A DNA stretch of 64,000 nt, from contig NW_024704743.1 of NCBI RefSeq assembly GCF_018977255.1, positions 44,332,001-44,396,000 on the forward strand. Direction: 5' to 3'. Position 1 is the first letter of the stretch. Each line of letters starts with the position of its first letter. The notes below the pieces were generated by a model, which was not told the DNA's origin, did no database searches, and was given only the letters and a program-made list of their open reading frames with translations. Positions 40,753-53,945 of the stretch are shown one piece after another. Position numbers and translations under genes: made by a program. This DNA is from Callorhinchus milii (Eukaryota).

Positions 40753-42519
40753 AGTAGTCACTAATCTTTGCAGAAATTTTGAGAAGTGCTTTAGGATATT
40801 TTTTATGTTATAGGCATTGTATTAAATTCAAAGATTCTTATTGTTAATAAAATTATCTTTAAAATTTGTTTTGTTAAATTCAAAGATTCTTGTTGTTGTT
40901 AATAGAATTCTTAAATGCAACCTTAAAAGTTGTAAGCCGGGTTCTGCAGTTCTTAAAAAGACTGGCTTTCAAATTAACAATGAATAAGAATTTTCCAAAA
41001 GATCTTAAATTTTACAGTACAGTCTTAAGGCTATGATCATGAGAAATCTCAGCCCTTGGATGTTGGAAACCCCGCACAAGGAAACCATTCCACTCTCATC
41101 CTTTTGGCTGGATTCAAAGTAGACGCTAAAGAATCGAAGAAGTAACACTAACCAAAGAGGAATGTTATAAGAAGCATGACATGTGTGCTTGGAAATTATG
41201 TAAATGCTGTGGTGAGATACTTTTATTCCAAATTGCCCTTTGTCAGTTATTGCCTAATGCAGTATTACCTGCTTAACCCTCATGTCTGATCCTAAAGAGT
41301 GAAAATCAGCAGAATATTCAACCAGTCAAGCCCAATCCTGTCGTCAGACGACATACACTCTGTACCAAATGACCAACTGATGACTATCCTCCTGGTAGGT
41401 GAGGTTTTATTGGAGCTGAGCTGGCCCTTAGATGATGTGCTTGACAACAGAATATTGGAATCGAGTCAATCTGTTGCGGTAAAGATCTGGAAGTGAAGTC
41501 AGCCATTTTATCGTGCCTCTTTATAAAGCAGAGCCAGAGAACCCAGATGACCACTTTATAATAGAGTTGCCCTGTATTTGCAAAACTGGAAATGGACAGA
41601 AAGGGGTTGAAGCTGTCTGCTACTTAGCACCAATGGTTAACAGCAAATGAAATGAGCAGTCTTACTTTTAAATGACATGCAAACAGGTTTAAATCATAGT
41701 TAAATTTGGCAAATAGGCAAACCAGCTTACAAGGGAGTTGAGTTAATACCAGACAGGGTTTCTGGCAGTGCCTTGACAGTTCTAATCCATGTTGTTTTGC
41801 AGATTCAAGCTTCCCTCTGGCATTTTCCTTTCCAAGATGAAGTTTGCGTACAGCAAGAGGAAGACAGCAGGGGCCTTACTTTAAAACAGCTGATCCCCTG
41901 GAGGAGTGTGGAAGGAAATATTGTGTTTGGGGGGCAGCCTCTTCTGTTGCACCAAGCAAACACATTCCAGACAGGAGATGTAATAGTTACATGGGTGCAG
42001 TTAACAACTCCCGGGGCAGTGAAAACCCAAACAAGTCTTTATGGCCTAATACTAAAGTAGAAGGGAAAAGGGATCTGTCACTATCAGAGGAAGAGGAAAT
42101 TGAATGAGAAAGTTGTGAGGCGGACATTATTGACCCAAATCATTGCTGCCTCGGTGTATGTGCATTGGCAAATATATAGCACTGCACAAAGCATTATTAG
42201 TAACTTTGGTCAACATATTGCAAACTGATTCTTCCTGCAGGTGGCAGAAAGCTGTCTGTGACACAGAGGGTGAGCGTGCAGGGGCACTGGCAGAACATGG
42301 TTGCTGCTGTAGCTGTTACAGTGCATTCTAATTTCTCATAGAATCGCTCCAAAAGGACATCCTCCTGCACAATCCCCACAGTCTAACTAACTGCTATTCC
42401 ACAACACCACCACAACTGGCACAGATTACAGTAAAGCAATGAGGCTGTAAATTTCCCCATGTTTCTAAACTCATACCTTCCAGAAAGCACTGACTCTTTG
42501 GTGAGTCCACTCCTCTACA

Positions 42520-42805
42520 CCCCCTACCTCTCTGACCTCCTTCTCTCCTCAAAACAGTACCCATTGCCTTCGTTCCTCCGGGTCTGGTCTCCTCCTCGTC
42601 TCCTGAGTCCTTTCCTCACTCCCTTCGCCTCGCCTCTCTCTTCCTATTTTCAGGTCTCCGCTGAAGACCTTTCTCTTCGACCGCACCTTTGGTCACCTTC
42701 CTCCCCCTCCCGCTGGCTCGGCGCCGGGATCCGTTACTGTGAAGCACTCTGAGACGCCATTCAGTGTGGAGGGCACTATATAAATCCAAGTTGTTGTTGT
42801 TGTTG
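42520..42805 (+). mobile_element. L2 3' end, second tail family
   Basis: gtgaagcactctgagacgccattcagtgtggagggcactatataaatccaag(ttg)n. Confidence 0.85.
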
Positions 42806-43211
42806 AGAAACAGTCCACGTGTAATCAGGTCAGGAACCTCATATATATATATATATCCATATATATGCATAAATATTGATTGTTGCTGACAGGCTATTCA
42901 ACAGCAGTGAGCATCACAGTTGAGTCCAATGAAGATCTCAAAGGAAGTCCCAGACATGTGCATTTTCCAGTGGGCTTTGCTGGCTCCACCCCTGTCCATC
43001 TGCTAACAACAGGGCCTATTTCATATTGTGGATTAGCCTTGTCAGGAGTTTCCCTGTCACCCCCAGATTGTTCAGAGAGTAATCTGCCTCTATGCCACAG
43101 ACAGCTTTCTGCCACCTAAGGAGGGATCAGTTTGCAATATTTTGACTAAAGTTGCTAATATTTTCCTGTTACTGTATTCAACGGCGATGAGCATCACAAC
43201 CGAGATGCTCA

Positions 43212-43750
43212 CAGCTGGTCAAAGTCACAAACGACATTCTGTCCATCTGTGACCAGAGCGCTCTCTCTCTCTGCTCCTCGACCTCTCTGCTGCCTTCGAC
43301 ACTATCGACCATTCTATCCTTCTACACCGCCTCTCCTCTCAATCTTTACAGAACTGCCATTGCCTGGTTCAAATCCTGCCTCTCCTATTGTCTCTCCACT
43401 AATGGCTTCTCCTCCAGCCCCCGCACCATCAAGTGCGACATATCTCAGGGCTCTGTCCTCTTTTCAAACTCCCTGATTGTCAGCCTCGCCAACTCCTCCC
43501 TCCACAGGCTGCAGATCATCCAGAACTCTGCAACCTGTGTCCTCTCCCGCACCAGGCTCCGTGACCCTATCACCCCCATCCTCGCCCGACTCCAATGGCT
43601 TCCCATCACACAGAGGATCCAGTTCAAGATCCTGGTCCTCACCTTCAAAGCCCTCCACGCCCTTGCTCCCCACTACTTCTGTGACCTCCTAATCCCCTAT
43701 TAACCTGTCCGCTCCCTCCGCTCAGCAGGCCTGGCCTGCTTCACATCCCA
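43212..43750 (+). mobile_element. L2 internal fragment with deletions
   Basis: Collinear with 58345-59345. Confidence 0.85.
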
Positions 43751-45954
43751 CTGTTGGCGGGCAAGGTGGGGGACGTTTCCACATGCTAGTACCTATGTAT
43801 TACTGACACTGATCTAAGACTGCAACCCACCGCCCACCAACATGCTGGTAGAAAAACAAATAACTTTACAGATTGATAAAGCTGATTAAATAAGAAAGAT
43901 TTAGTTTAATTTCAGTCCAACTATCCTGTGGTTACAGTTTGTTTAGCTAATGTTCTCCTCTCTGACTCTTGTAAGGTGTACCAGAGCACCATCTGGTCAG
44001 TACCTCATTTTGAATATAATGCTTTCTTTGTACATGACTCCAGATAGTGAGTGTTGGTAGGTTATTTAGCGTGCCATAAATCACAGACAAACCTGCTGCT
44101 GTTCTCATTTGCTGCCCACACACGTGTCCCCTTCCTGGAAGAATTTGTGGGAACCTTAACTTCTAGCCTGAGGTCAGCTAACTCTCTCTGTACAAGCTGA
44201 CATTCAACCTGTTACTATTCAGTCTTTATAACCTTTACCCTCCAGGCCATTCATAGAGCTGCAACTCCCTTTCTTTTTCATGTAGCAATTGGTCTTTGTG
44301 AGTTGTAGTCTCAGGTTTTCAAGCGTACACTCACTATCTGAATAACAGTCTAGACAGACCTGACTCTTGTATGATTCTTTCTGTCGTGTTTGGGAGGTGA
44401 ACTCTGTGATGTGAATGAAGCACTTCCTCCATTCAATAATATTTGCAAACTTGTCCCTGTGCACTTCTAAAAAAACTGTGCGTTTTTATTGTTAGAATGA
44501 CATTTTACATCTATAATGTTATTTGTACTTTTACATTTTCCTATTTTAAGAGCCCAGGGACAAATTTGAAAATTGAAGGGAGACTATCACTGAGGCACAG
44601 AAACTAATGTGGTGCAGAGGCACTCTGGAGTCTTTTCTCCACATGTTCTTTTCCTCTGACTCTCCAACCTGAAGGCTTGTGACCCACCCTAACCCTCTGC
44701 TTCTCTTGCTGCCTTCAGTTAGTTTCACTTTCAGTTGCCAGCCTGTGCAGTGTTCTACAGCTAAAATCACTTCCTGGCTCTTTATTGCTGCGTGCGAATT
44801 GCCTGCCATGTTCACCTACAAATACCATCACCACAGTAATTCCTGTGAAGCGCTTTGAGACGTCTCACTGATATGAAAGGTGCTATGTAAATACAAGGAT
44901 TCTTAATAGAACCCTGGTTCTATTAAGCTGGTCTCCTTTCTCACAAACCCTCACCCAATTATTCACTAGATTGGCCTTATAATAAATAATAATAATAATC
45001 CTTGCATTTGATATAGCACTTTTCACGTCTTCTCGACGTCTCAAAGCGCTTTGTGCCTAACTTAATAAATAAAGTATGAGCACCATCTCCAACATTCCCA
45101 AATCCTCTCTCACCCCTCTGCACTGTCTCTACTCCCACCACCATGCCTATGAGCTGACCATAGCCACTGATCCCTTCACTCCTAGTCCAGCCGCATGTGT
45201 TTTGGCTGCCGCCCCTGACCGAGCAAGTACTCCGAGACACAAGCTCACGTGAAGGGTGTGAAGCCTTCTGTATAAATGTAACTTGGTGTTGTTAAACCTA
45301 CAGGGCGAATGGTTTCATTTCTCGATCTTTCTAGCCTCCTGGTCTTGTTCCCTCCTGTGCCTGTTCATAGATCACAATCTCCCTTGGATCCACATTGGAT
45401 GACCTCACACTTCTCCACACTGAATTCCATCTGCCACAGTTCTGCCCACTCACTTGCTGATGCTGTTATTGCTGCCTCTATTACACTGCTTTCCTCTGCT
45501 CCGTAACTACTCTGCTTGTTTCTAATGCTCTGCTCCATTTCATCCGCAATGCTTTTTTCTGGAACACCGTCCAAAATTTCCTCTGCCTTAACGTTCTCTC
45601 TTTTCCTGTCTTCAAATGCTTCCCTAAAGCTACCTCTTCAACCATCCCTTGGTCACCTTTCTCCAACCTCCCATCTTATTAATTAGTTCACAACATCCTA
45701 TAAAGTGCTTTAAGTTGTTATCCTAGGGGAAAGGTGCTACAGTATGTATTGTAATTGCAAGTTAATTGCCTGCTTTCCCTGTTCTTCTCTGCCTGCATTC
45801 TCTTCTTTTCCTGAATGTAAACTTGCTTTTACAAGTGCAACTTGTTTGCTCTATTCTCCCCCTGTACTGAGAAGAGTGCACCAGCAGATAGATTACAATG
45901 GTATTCCTGTACATTGGATGAATAATCGTTTAATGAACAAGACCAGGTCACTTC

Positions 45955-46571
45955 TGTCTCAGTCTGACTCCGCCACTGCCTCTCACAGCAGGGCGCTGAG
46001 ACCCTGATCCATGCTTTCATTGCACCCTGGCTTGACTACACCAACTGCCTACTCACTGGACTTCCCAATTCTTCCCTCCACAAACTGCAGATTATTCAGA
46101 AATCTGCAGCTCGTGTCCTCTTTCACACCAGGGAACCTATCACCCCTGTTCTTGCCCGACTTCGCTGGCTCCGCATTCCTCAGAGAACGAGTACAAACCC
46201 CTTGTTCTTACCTTCACGGTCCTGCACGGTCTTGCTCAAGCCTACCTCTCTGACCTCATAACCCCATATCAGCCTGTCCGCTCCCTCTGCTTGATGGACA
46301 CCGGCCTATTTCAGGTCCCCTGCACTTCCCAACCCACCATTGTCGGTTGGGCATTCAGCCTCTCTGCCCCTACACTCTGGAACTCTATCCCGCAATCCCC
46401 CCACCTCACCTCCTCTCTTGCCTTCTTCAAGTTCCATCTGAAGATCGTCCTCTTCAACCGTGCATTTGGCAATTCTCCCACCCGTACCTCCCCCTGCCTT
46501 CCTCCCCTTCTGACCCCAACTCCCAGCTTGAGTCCAAAACCCCTGATTGTCCAGCACCCTGGAACATCTTC
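45955..46571 (+). mobile_element. L2 3' fragment with its tail split by the next element
   Basis: AFSLSAPTLWNSIP...; the rest of the tail (atgtgaagggccctatac...ttgttgt) lies at 47345-47389. Confidence 0.88.
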
Positions 46572-47331
46572 CAACAACAACAACTTGGATTTATATAGCG
46601 CCCTCCACGCCAGACGGCATCTCAGAGCGCTTCACAGTGACGAATCCCGGGGCCGAGCCAGGGGGAGGTGGAGGAAAGTGACCAAAGGCGCGGTCAAAAA
46701 GAAAGGTCTTCAGCCGAGACCTGAAAATAGGAAGAGAGAGGCAAGGCGAAGGGAGTGAGGAAGGGAGTTCCAGAGCCTCAGGGCATAGTGGCTGAAGGCA
46801 CGGCCACCAATGGTAGAGCGGAGGATTCGGGGAACAAGGAGGAGGCCAGACCCAGTGGCGTGAAGGCAACAGGCACTGTTTTGAGGAGAGAGTAGGTCAG
46901 AGAGGTAGGCGGTGTGCAGAGGAGTGGAGGGATTTGAAGACAAGGGTGAGGATCTTGAAATCAATCCTCTCTGGGACAGGCAGCCAGTGCAGACTGGCAA
47001 GGACTGGGATAATCAGGGAGCGGATTTTGGTGTGGGTAAGAATGCGGGCAGCAGAGTTTTGGATGATCTGGATTTTGTGAATGGTAGTGGAGATCAGTGA
47101 GGAGGGCATTTGAATACTCCAGCCGAGAGGTGACAAAGGCATGGATCAGGGTTTCAGCGGCTTTTGGGGTGAGGTATTGGCGGAGACGGGCAATGCGTCG
47201 GAGGTGGAAGAAAGTGGTGCTGGTGAGGGACCGGATGTGGGGGAGGAAGGATAATTGGGGGTCGAACCTGACGCCTAGGTTGCGTACGGATTCGAAGAGT
47301 CTTAGGGCGAGGTCGGGTAGTGGAGGAGGTG
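46572..47331 (-). mobile_element. L2 3' fragment, second tail family
   Basis: LASLHWLPV, GGRAFSHYALRLWNSLP; tail gatgccgtctggcgtggagggcgct, as in 42520-42805. Confidence 0.9.
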
Positions 47332-48172
47332 AGAACCATGTGATTCCCTATGTGAAGGGCCCTATACAGTGTAATCTGTTATTGTTGTAAATCCATACTG
47401 ATATCCATACTTCCCAAGCTTTGTGATGAGCTCCAAATGAAGATTATTTTATTGGTTTATTTCTAGTACTGAACAGGCCTGATTAATGAGCCTGTTGTTT
47501 GACTGACTCTCTTTTCCACCCTTAATATACGTTTGAAGCTATTCAGAGGCCTGATCTTCAATCACTTCATTGACAACAAGATGAGGGTGATCATGATAAT
47601 AATTTTTGCTTGCATTTGATTATAGCGCCTTATCACATCTTCAAGACAACAAGGAGGGTTCGCAATTTGTTGCAATGTTTGATTATTACATTACCAATGA
47701 CTAGTCTTTGTTTTGCACTTTGATGACTTCTGGAAATTACAATGACTTGTCTAGTGAATATTGCTTCAATATTTGTAAACGGTGGTCACAATTCACATTT
47801 AGAATGCCTTTGAAACCCCAACATTTTTCAATCACCTCTGAGTTTATTAATGTTAGTAGATTATTATCACTATTATTTAGAGTGTAGAAACCTATTTGTA
47901 GGCAAACCTTTTCAACGTTCCCACAGTATAGGTGGGAATGTTTATCACAAGGGTCGTAGGCATCTCCAGTGAAGCTCATCAATTATTAACATCTGAATTG
48001 TATGTGTTACTGCATTGACATTCCCCATCTGTTATTCTTAATATACACCCTGGTTTCTTACCGTTTTAACAACATCTCTATGATCAATTAATAATAATAG
48101 GATTTGATATAGCGCCTTATCATGTCGTTGAGATGTCTTGAAGTGCTTCATAGAATATACTGTGACCCTAAT

Positions 48173-48600
48173 CCCAACAACGCATACAGCCCTGCAGACA
48201 CCACGGCAGTGCGGACAGCATCGTGTCCTGTGCAACCAGGCGGACATACAATACTGCGGACAATTCTGCGGACACCATCGCAGTGCGGATAGACCTTCCG
48301 TGTCTTTGTACACTTTTGCTTTCCTTAGCACTGCTCATACTGGGCTCATCATCTGTACTGGGGTCTGTACCCTCTGCACCATCACCATCATAATTATTTT
48401 CTGCACCAGGACAGCCCTCATTGCTTTCCTCTCCATCACCATCCTCGATTCCAGTATCATCATCTTCATCCTCCTCTTACTTTTCATACTCTTCTGCACC
48501 GGACAGGACTGTGCGGACAGCCCTGTGTGCTGCGCAGCCGGCCAGACAGGCATTCAGATTTTAAAAACATTTCTCCTCCTTTCTATTCTTGTGTCCTGAA
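48173..48600 (-). mobile_element. Probable DNA-transposon end (CACTA/EnSpm-like?) with an acidic coding remnant
   Basis: Clustered GCGGACA repeats, a CCC terminus candidate and a minus-strand acidic frame EEDEDDDTGIEDGDGEESNEG. Confidence 0.35.
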
Positions 48601-51600
48601 AATGTTGCTTTGTCCTGAGATACACTTTTACAGGCTCTGGCAGTACCAAGCCACAGTGGTTATCTTTCATGTCTGGAGCCTACATTGTGGACAGGCTACC
48701 TAACTGTGAAGAAAATCACCACCAAAATCAGCGTTGTCCTCACCTGACCATCATATAATATACTTTATATATAGAACATTTCAGGACAAAAGGAGGCCAT
48801 CACATCTTTACCATTGCTGCCTGTATTACTAATTCACCTTCTTATTTTATTAATCCCATTTTCCAGCTCTTTTTCTATATTCCCTAAAGTTTTACTGCCC
48901 AGGTGTTCACCCAGTTCCCTTTTGAATGATTCCATCGTAGCAATGATCATAATCAAATCCTAATAACCACTGACACGATGGACCGAATGGCCTCATTCTG
49001 CGCTGTAGGGATTCTATGATTCTATAAAATAACCATATGGAAATGGACTTTTGTTCTCTGGACTTTATATGTCTATACCAAGCAGAGATGGCATCCTCAG
49101 AAAATGAGGGGAGACAATCTGATGGAAGGGGAGGGCATACAAACATTTTAGAGAAAGAAACAGCTTCTAACTGCCTCCCTAATGTTTCTTCGAACAATCA
49201 TGAGGTTGGATAATGATCATGGGTACATTTTTCTTCTATTGATCCAAGAGGAGAAGGCTTGAGGCCAAATGTCAAACCCCTACTACTAACTGAGACAAAA
49301 TAACTCAGCACAGGCCTGTCCTAGAAAATTCAATCCCCGAACAATCAAGCGAGCTGGAATCAATATCCATTATAGCACCTCCCAATTTATACTTTTAGTT
49401 ACCCTTTGCAGGAACCTCTGCACCGCTTAATTTAAGTCAACAGCCATGTTCAGGTTTTAGGACATTTGAGAAATGATTTATTCAGTCAATCTAATAAACT
49501 AAAAGTTTATCCCTGTCCCCATGTTCAGTAACACAATGGTAGTTGTAATTTGGTGAAAGAGCTTTGATACATCTGTCAACCATAATAAATTGAAGTGTTG
49601 CACACATGCCATTTTATAATCTGTTGTACAAATTGGCTTATTAGTCTACTACTCTTACTTGTCCAGCAAACACTATTTATATATAATCATGCAGTGATCT
49701 GTAGTGTTCTGCTTTAGTATTCATGGTGTATTGTTATAATGGGAATTTCCATTTATAATGCTAGTGTAGTAATGTCCTAAAATATTTCTTATCCCCCCAC
49801 ACAGCAAATTCTCAGGACAATTCAGGAGGAACGAAAGTAAGGAGGAAAAGCTCTTTAGTCCATTGATCTTTTACTTACTAACCCTTACTTACCCTTTAGT
49901 CTTCCAAATCCAATATCAAGCAGTTTCTTAAAGAACTCAAGTAATAAAATCATCTGGAATCTGAGTTCTCACAGCTGTCTATAGGAAGCATGGGTCACAT
50001 CCAAGAAAAACAAAACTTGTACAATAGTTTATTTTAACAAGGAAACTCTGTACATTCACCTTCCCCAGACTTTCCTCTCACACGCCCAAGCTCCAAGCTT
50101 TATACTAGTGTAGGCTGATCACCAATAACCATAAAAGGCAGTGACAGGGTTTATTCCCTTGTCACATTGCAATTTATTGGGCTATTTTCATATAGATAAT
50201 CTTCCAGTTTGCTTTAATAAGTTTTCAATTTATTAAGATCAGAATAAGGTGTCTATAGTTGATTGGTAGAGTTTTTTTCACCTCTCTGGGAATATAACAT
50301 CCACATTTGCTTGTTTCCAGTCTATTGGTTGAAATTCCAGTGGATAAATATTAAAAGAATTAATGGGATTTAGTTTTGTTTTCTCACCAGATCAGTTGCA
50401 TTCCCATCATCCGTAGAACTGTCTAGCAAGTGGTAATTGGTCAGCCAATCACAGCCTGGTATGCTCAAACCCATTCACAACAACAACTTGCATTTATATG
50501 CAACTTCATACCGGATAGCATCTAGGTGCATTTTGGAGATAGTTTTGCGGAGTTTATCGCCAAATTGAGGAAAGAGGGGAGATGACCCTGGCTATGGTCG
50601 AAGAGGAAGTTCTTCAAGATAGTTAGGGGACTCAACATTATCAACAATTTCAAAGAACTGGTTTTGATGAGCTGAGATGACTTTGACTGTAAGCAGCTAA
50701 GCTGATCTTGACTCAAAGCAGATTTGCACAAATACTTGTCAGCTATAATTCAGCGTTGATCTTAGTGCAGTTCAAGTGAATGGAATTTACAGAATAAATT
50801 AACCATTGTCTTATCTTATCCATTAATGAGAGGCAATTAATGTTTTTACTGTGTTAATGTGGAATTTTTAACACAGAAAAAAAGGGTGCAATTTCATTAG
50901 GATTTTAGGGCAGGTTCTGTTATTTTACTCTCCAAATTCTGTCATTGACTCCACAAATGTTTGGACAGAATTTGTTCCCTCCAGTGGTAATTGAAACCCT
51001 ACCGTGTTGTCTCACAAATCTCCCAGTTGAATGGAAATCTTTAAAGCTATTATCAGTAGATCTAGTATCATTTTCCAATACAGTTTAATTTGTTAGCATT
51101 CCCACCAAACCAGATGTACAAACCTCTAACCCAAGAAAGAATTGTAAATTCCAATTCATTTTGACCTCTGGAGTAATAGATGTTGTAATCTAGTTACAAT
51201 TCATTCTCTGTAAGATCCAGAATCCTTCACGATATGGACATTGACCAAATTAAAACACTGTGGTGCATGATGGATTTGTGTATTACTGAATGTGATAAAA
51301 TTAATCAAAAAGGAACAGCTAGCAGACCGTTGTCCCGTTGTCTCAAGCTGATCTTCCCAAACCATGGTAGATAATTGTCCCACTGTTTTATTAACTGCTG
51401 CCCTTTGCATACTTTGATCTGCGAAAAACTGGAGACAAAGTTGTCTTCAACGTCAAGCTTGGGAGATTGCTGGTTTGACTCGGTCTCAAATGGTATGAGA
51501 AGTGCAAAAGCAAACCCTTATTGGTAATGGCAAGCATGATCATTTGCACAGAAAGAGGGTATAAATTCTGAGATTCAGTCACACTCTGGTCAGAAGAGCA

Positions 51601-52099
51601 GAACATTTTGGGTCAGAAGTGACCAAAGCTTCCATGAAGGTGACGACGACATACTCAATCAAGGTCGATAACTCCTTCCATTTCTTCCAGGCGACACCGT
51701 GTTCCAGGCAACCGTGTGATCACACGACAGTCCTGAGTTGTATTCCGCAGATGGAAGACTAAACTCTTTCACTGTTGCTCATTGCTTTTTCTCACTAACT
51801 ATAAATCCAGACGATTTAGAACATCTTAATTGTTTGAGTGTTTGTCATATTCTTACCTCTGGGTAGCCAGAGTAAATCCCCCTACATTTAATAGGGGATT
51901 TACTACATCTACATCCCCTATATCTAGTATAATAAGCACTATGAATGATAAAGTAATAATATTTTTTGCATTTCATTGGCAACTTATCATGTTAAAACAT
52001 CTCAAAGAGCTTCACAGCGAATTCTGTCCAGCCAGGTATCTGACACATGTGGATTTGTTTTTCAGAGCAGTTTTGATTGGCTTTGATTTTGATCGCTTT

Positions 52100-52318
52100 T
52101 CCGGACTTAATATTCCCTTCAAAATTAAATAAATAAAAATAAATTGGTCACTCAATCCACGACTGTTTGTAGGACAATGTTGTGCGCAATTGCCTGCTGC
52201 ATTTGGCACAAAATATATATTTAATTCACTTCACAGTATACTCCCTTCGAGATGTGTCGAAGACGTGATGAGGTGCTATATCAAATGCAAGGCTTATTAT
52301 TATTATTATTATTATTAT
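52100..52318 (+). mobile_element. SINE 3' half
   Basis: Body and (TTA)n tail of the same family. Confidence 0.8.
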
Positions 52319-52969
52319 CTGATTGGACAGTGAGTATGCCGGCCTCTTATTGGTGCCGTGGCTGCGGGCCGGTGGTTGTCAGTCGAAGGTGAAGAGGGAA
52401 CAATGGCAACTGCTTGGTATGTCCATCTGAACCCATGGGTTCGAAAACGATTTTTAAAGATTATTGTTTAGAAGGCCATTGGTAAACCAGAAATGTTTGT
52501 ATTTGCTTTGTCTGGTCACCATATAATACCTATAAGTTCAAATAGCTTAGAGAAAGCACAAATATGAGGTGGAGAATGATATTTGACCTTACAATAGATT
52601 CCCTGCATTGGAAGCACACCATGGAGCACCAAAGCTAATTGGAATCAAAAACAGGACATCAGTCATATCTGAAATGGGAGAGCCAAGCTACCTAAGCAAT
52701 AAGAAGGACGATAGGAAGGTGCAATAAGAAAGAGGATAGGATAATTGCATTTAGCTGTTGTCAACCGCAGTTGGTGTCGGGAAGCAACATTACATTAAAA
52801 TGGAGAAAGCATGTTGTTAAATTACGGTTGGACAGCAACATACAATTGACCAAATTGTGTCCTAGGATCAGTAACAGATGAAAACTCCAGTACAGTATAT
52901 TGGAAACAAAGTGTTAAACAAGCTGCCACAAATTAGAATCATAGAAGGTTGTAATAGGAACAAAGAGAC

Positions 52970-53118
52970 ACTCAGCTATTTAGAGTGCACTGAGAAATTA
53001 AATACATGCTGTTGTTCACATCTTACTTAGCAAGACTTGGATAATAAGTGGATCTTACATAATAAGACGTGGATAACAGCACGTGTTTAATTTCTCAGTG
53101 CACTCTAAATTCCTGAGT
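52970..53118. repeat. ~150-bp palindrome (fold-back element)
   Basis: ~57-bp arms including an exact atttagagtgcactgagaaattaaa inverted match. Confidence 0.85.
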
Positions 53119-53699
53119 CTTACGTTATCGGAAGCTGTGCCATAGCATTAGATTCTTCACAACAATTTTGCTCTTTAATTACCAATAGTTGGTTTGCTCA
53201 AAATCAAAGAGGTTTCAGCAGCATTTCTGAAAGTTGGAGGTGTGTTATTCTTTTACTTTTTATAGGTTGTACTAAGTAAGAGTTCAGTGTGTGAAGAAAT
53301 AATAGGGCTTTTTAAGGATTCCTACCCTTACAGTTACTAAGAACTGTTGCTTGGCAATCTTACAATTAGTGTCAATGCCTACTGCAGCACAAAGCAGCAG
53401 CACTTTCATTTTCTATTGACTGAACTGAGTTTGGGACTGTATATTCGATTATTACAAAGCATTACCTGTGACTTTGTTGACACAGCTTAATCAGCTCAAC
53501 AGCCATAAAATGGTAGGAAGCAGTTTCATGCTGCTGATTCCTCGGTGTGAGAAGTTTCCAATTTCATTTGTACAATTTAGAGGAGAACAACAAATGGAAG
53601 GCAGGCAGGCAGGCACATGGTGACAGGAATAGAATATAAGTCGTCCAGCCAACCCTTTCAGGTTCTCATTACCAGTAACACAGGCTATCAGAATAAGTC

Positions 53700-53945
53700 T
53701 CAGATCAGCCAATTGCACAGAGCAGTCATGTCCTACAAACAGTCGTGGATTGAGTGACCAGATTTTATTTTTTAAAAGGGATTATTACCCCTGGAAAGCA
53801 ATCCGCCAATTAATTAACAACCAGGTTCCAACTTACTGCTAGATAAACAGCGGCGTGTGTATGGAGTAAGGAAACTTACCTAAGGTTTTGCCCTGCCCAG
53901 GAATCAAATCTGGGCCCTCTCGCTTTGAGGCAATATGCTACAGTA
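53700..53945 (-). mobile_element. SINE, long subfamily, head and centre
   Basis: Antisense central segment and degraded tRNA head. Confidence 0.8.

Noticed and set aside
41790..42107. Acceptor-like gttgttttgcag followed by open frames
   Set aside because: No recognisable protein similarity and no partner exons.
48138..48599. 153-aa hydrophobic, Cys-rich ORF resembling a membrane protein
   Set aside because: Begins in a SINE tail; the hydrophobic run is the antisense reading of acidic GAN-rich codons.
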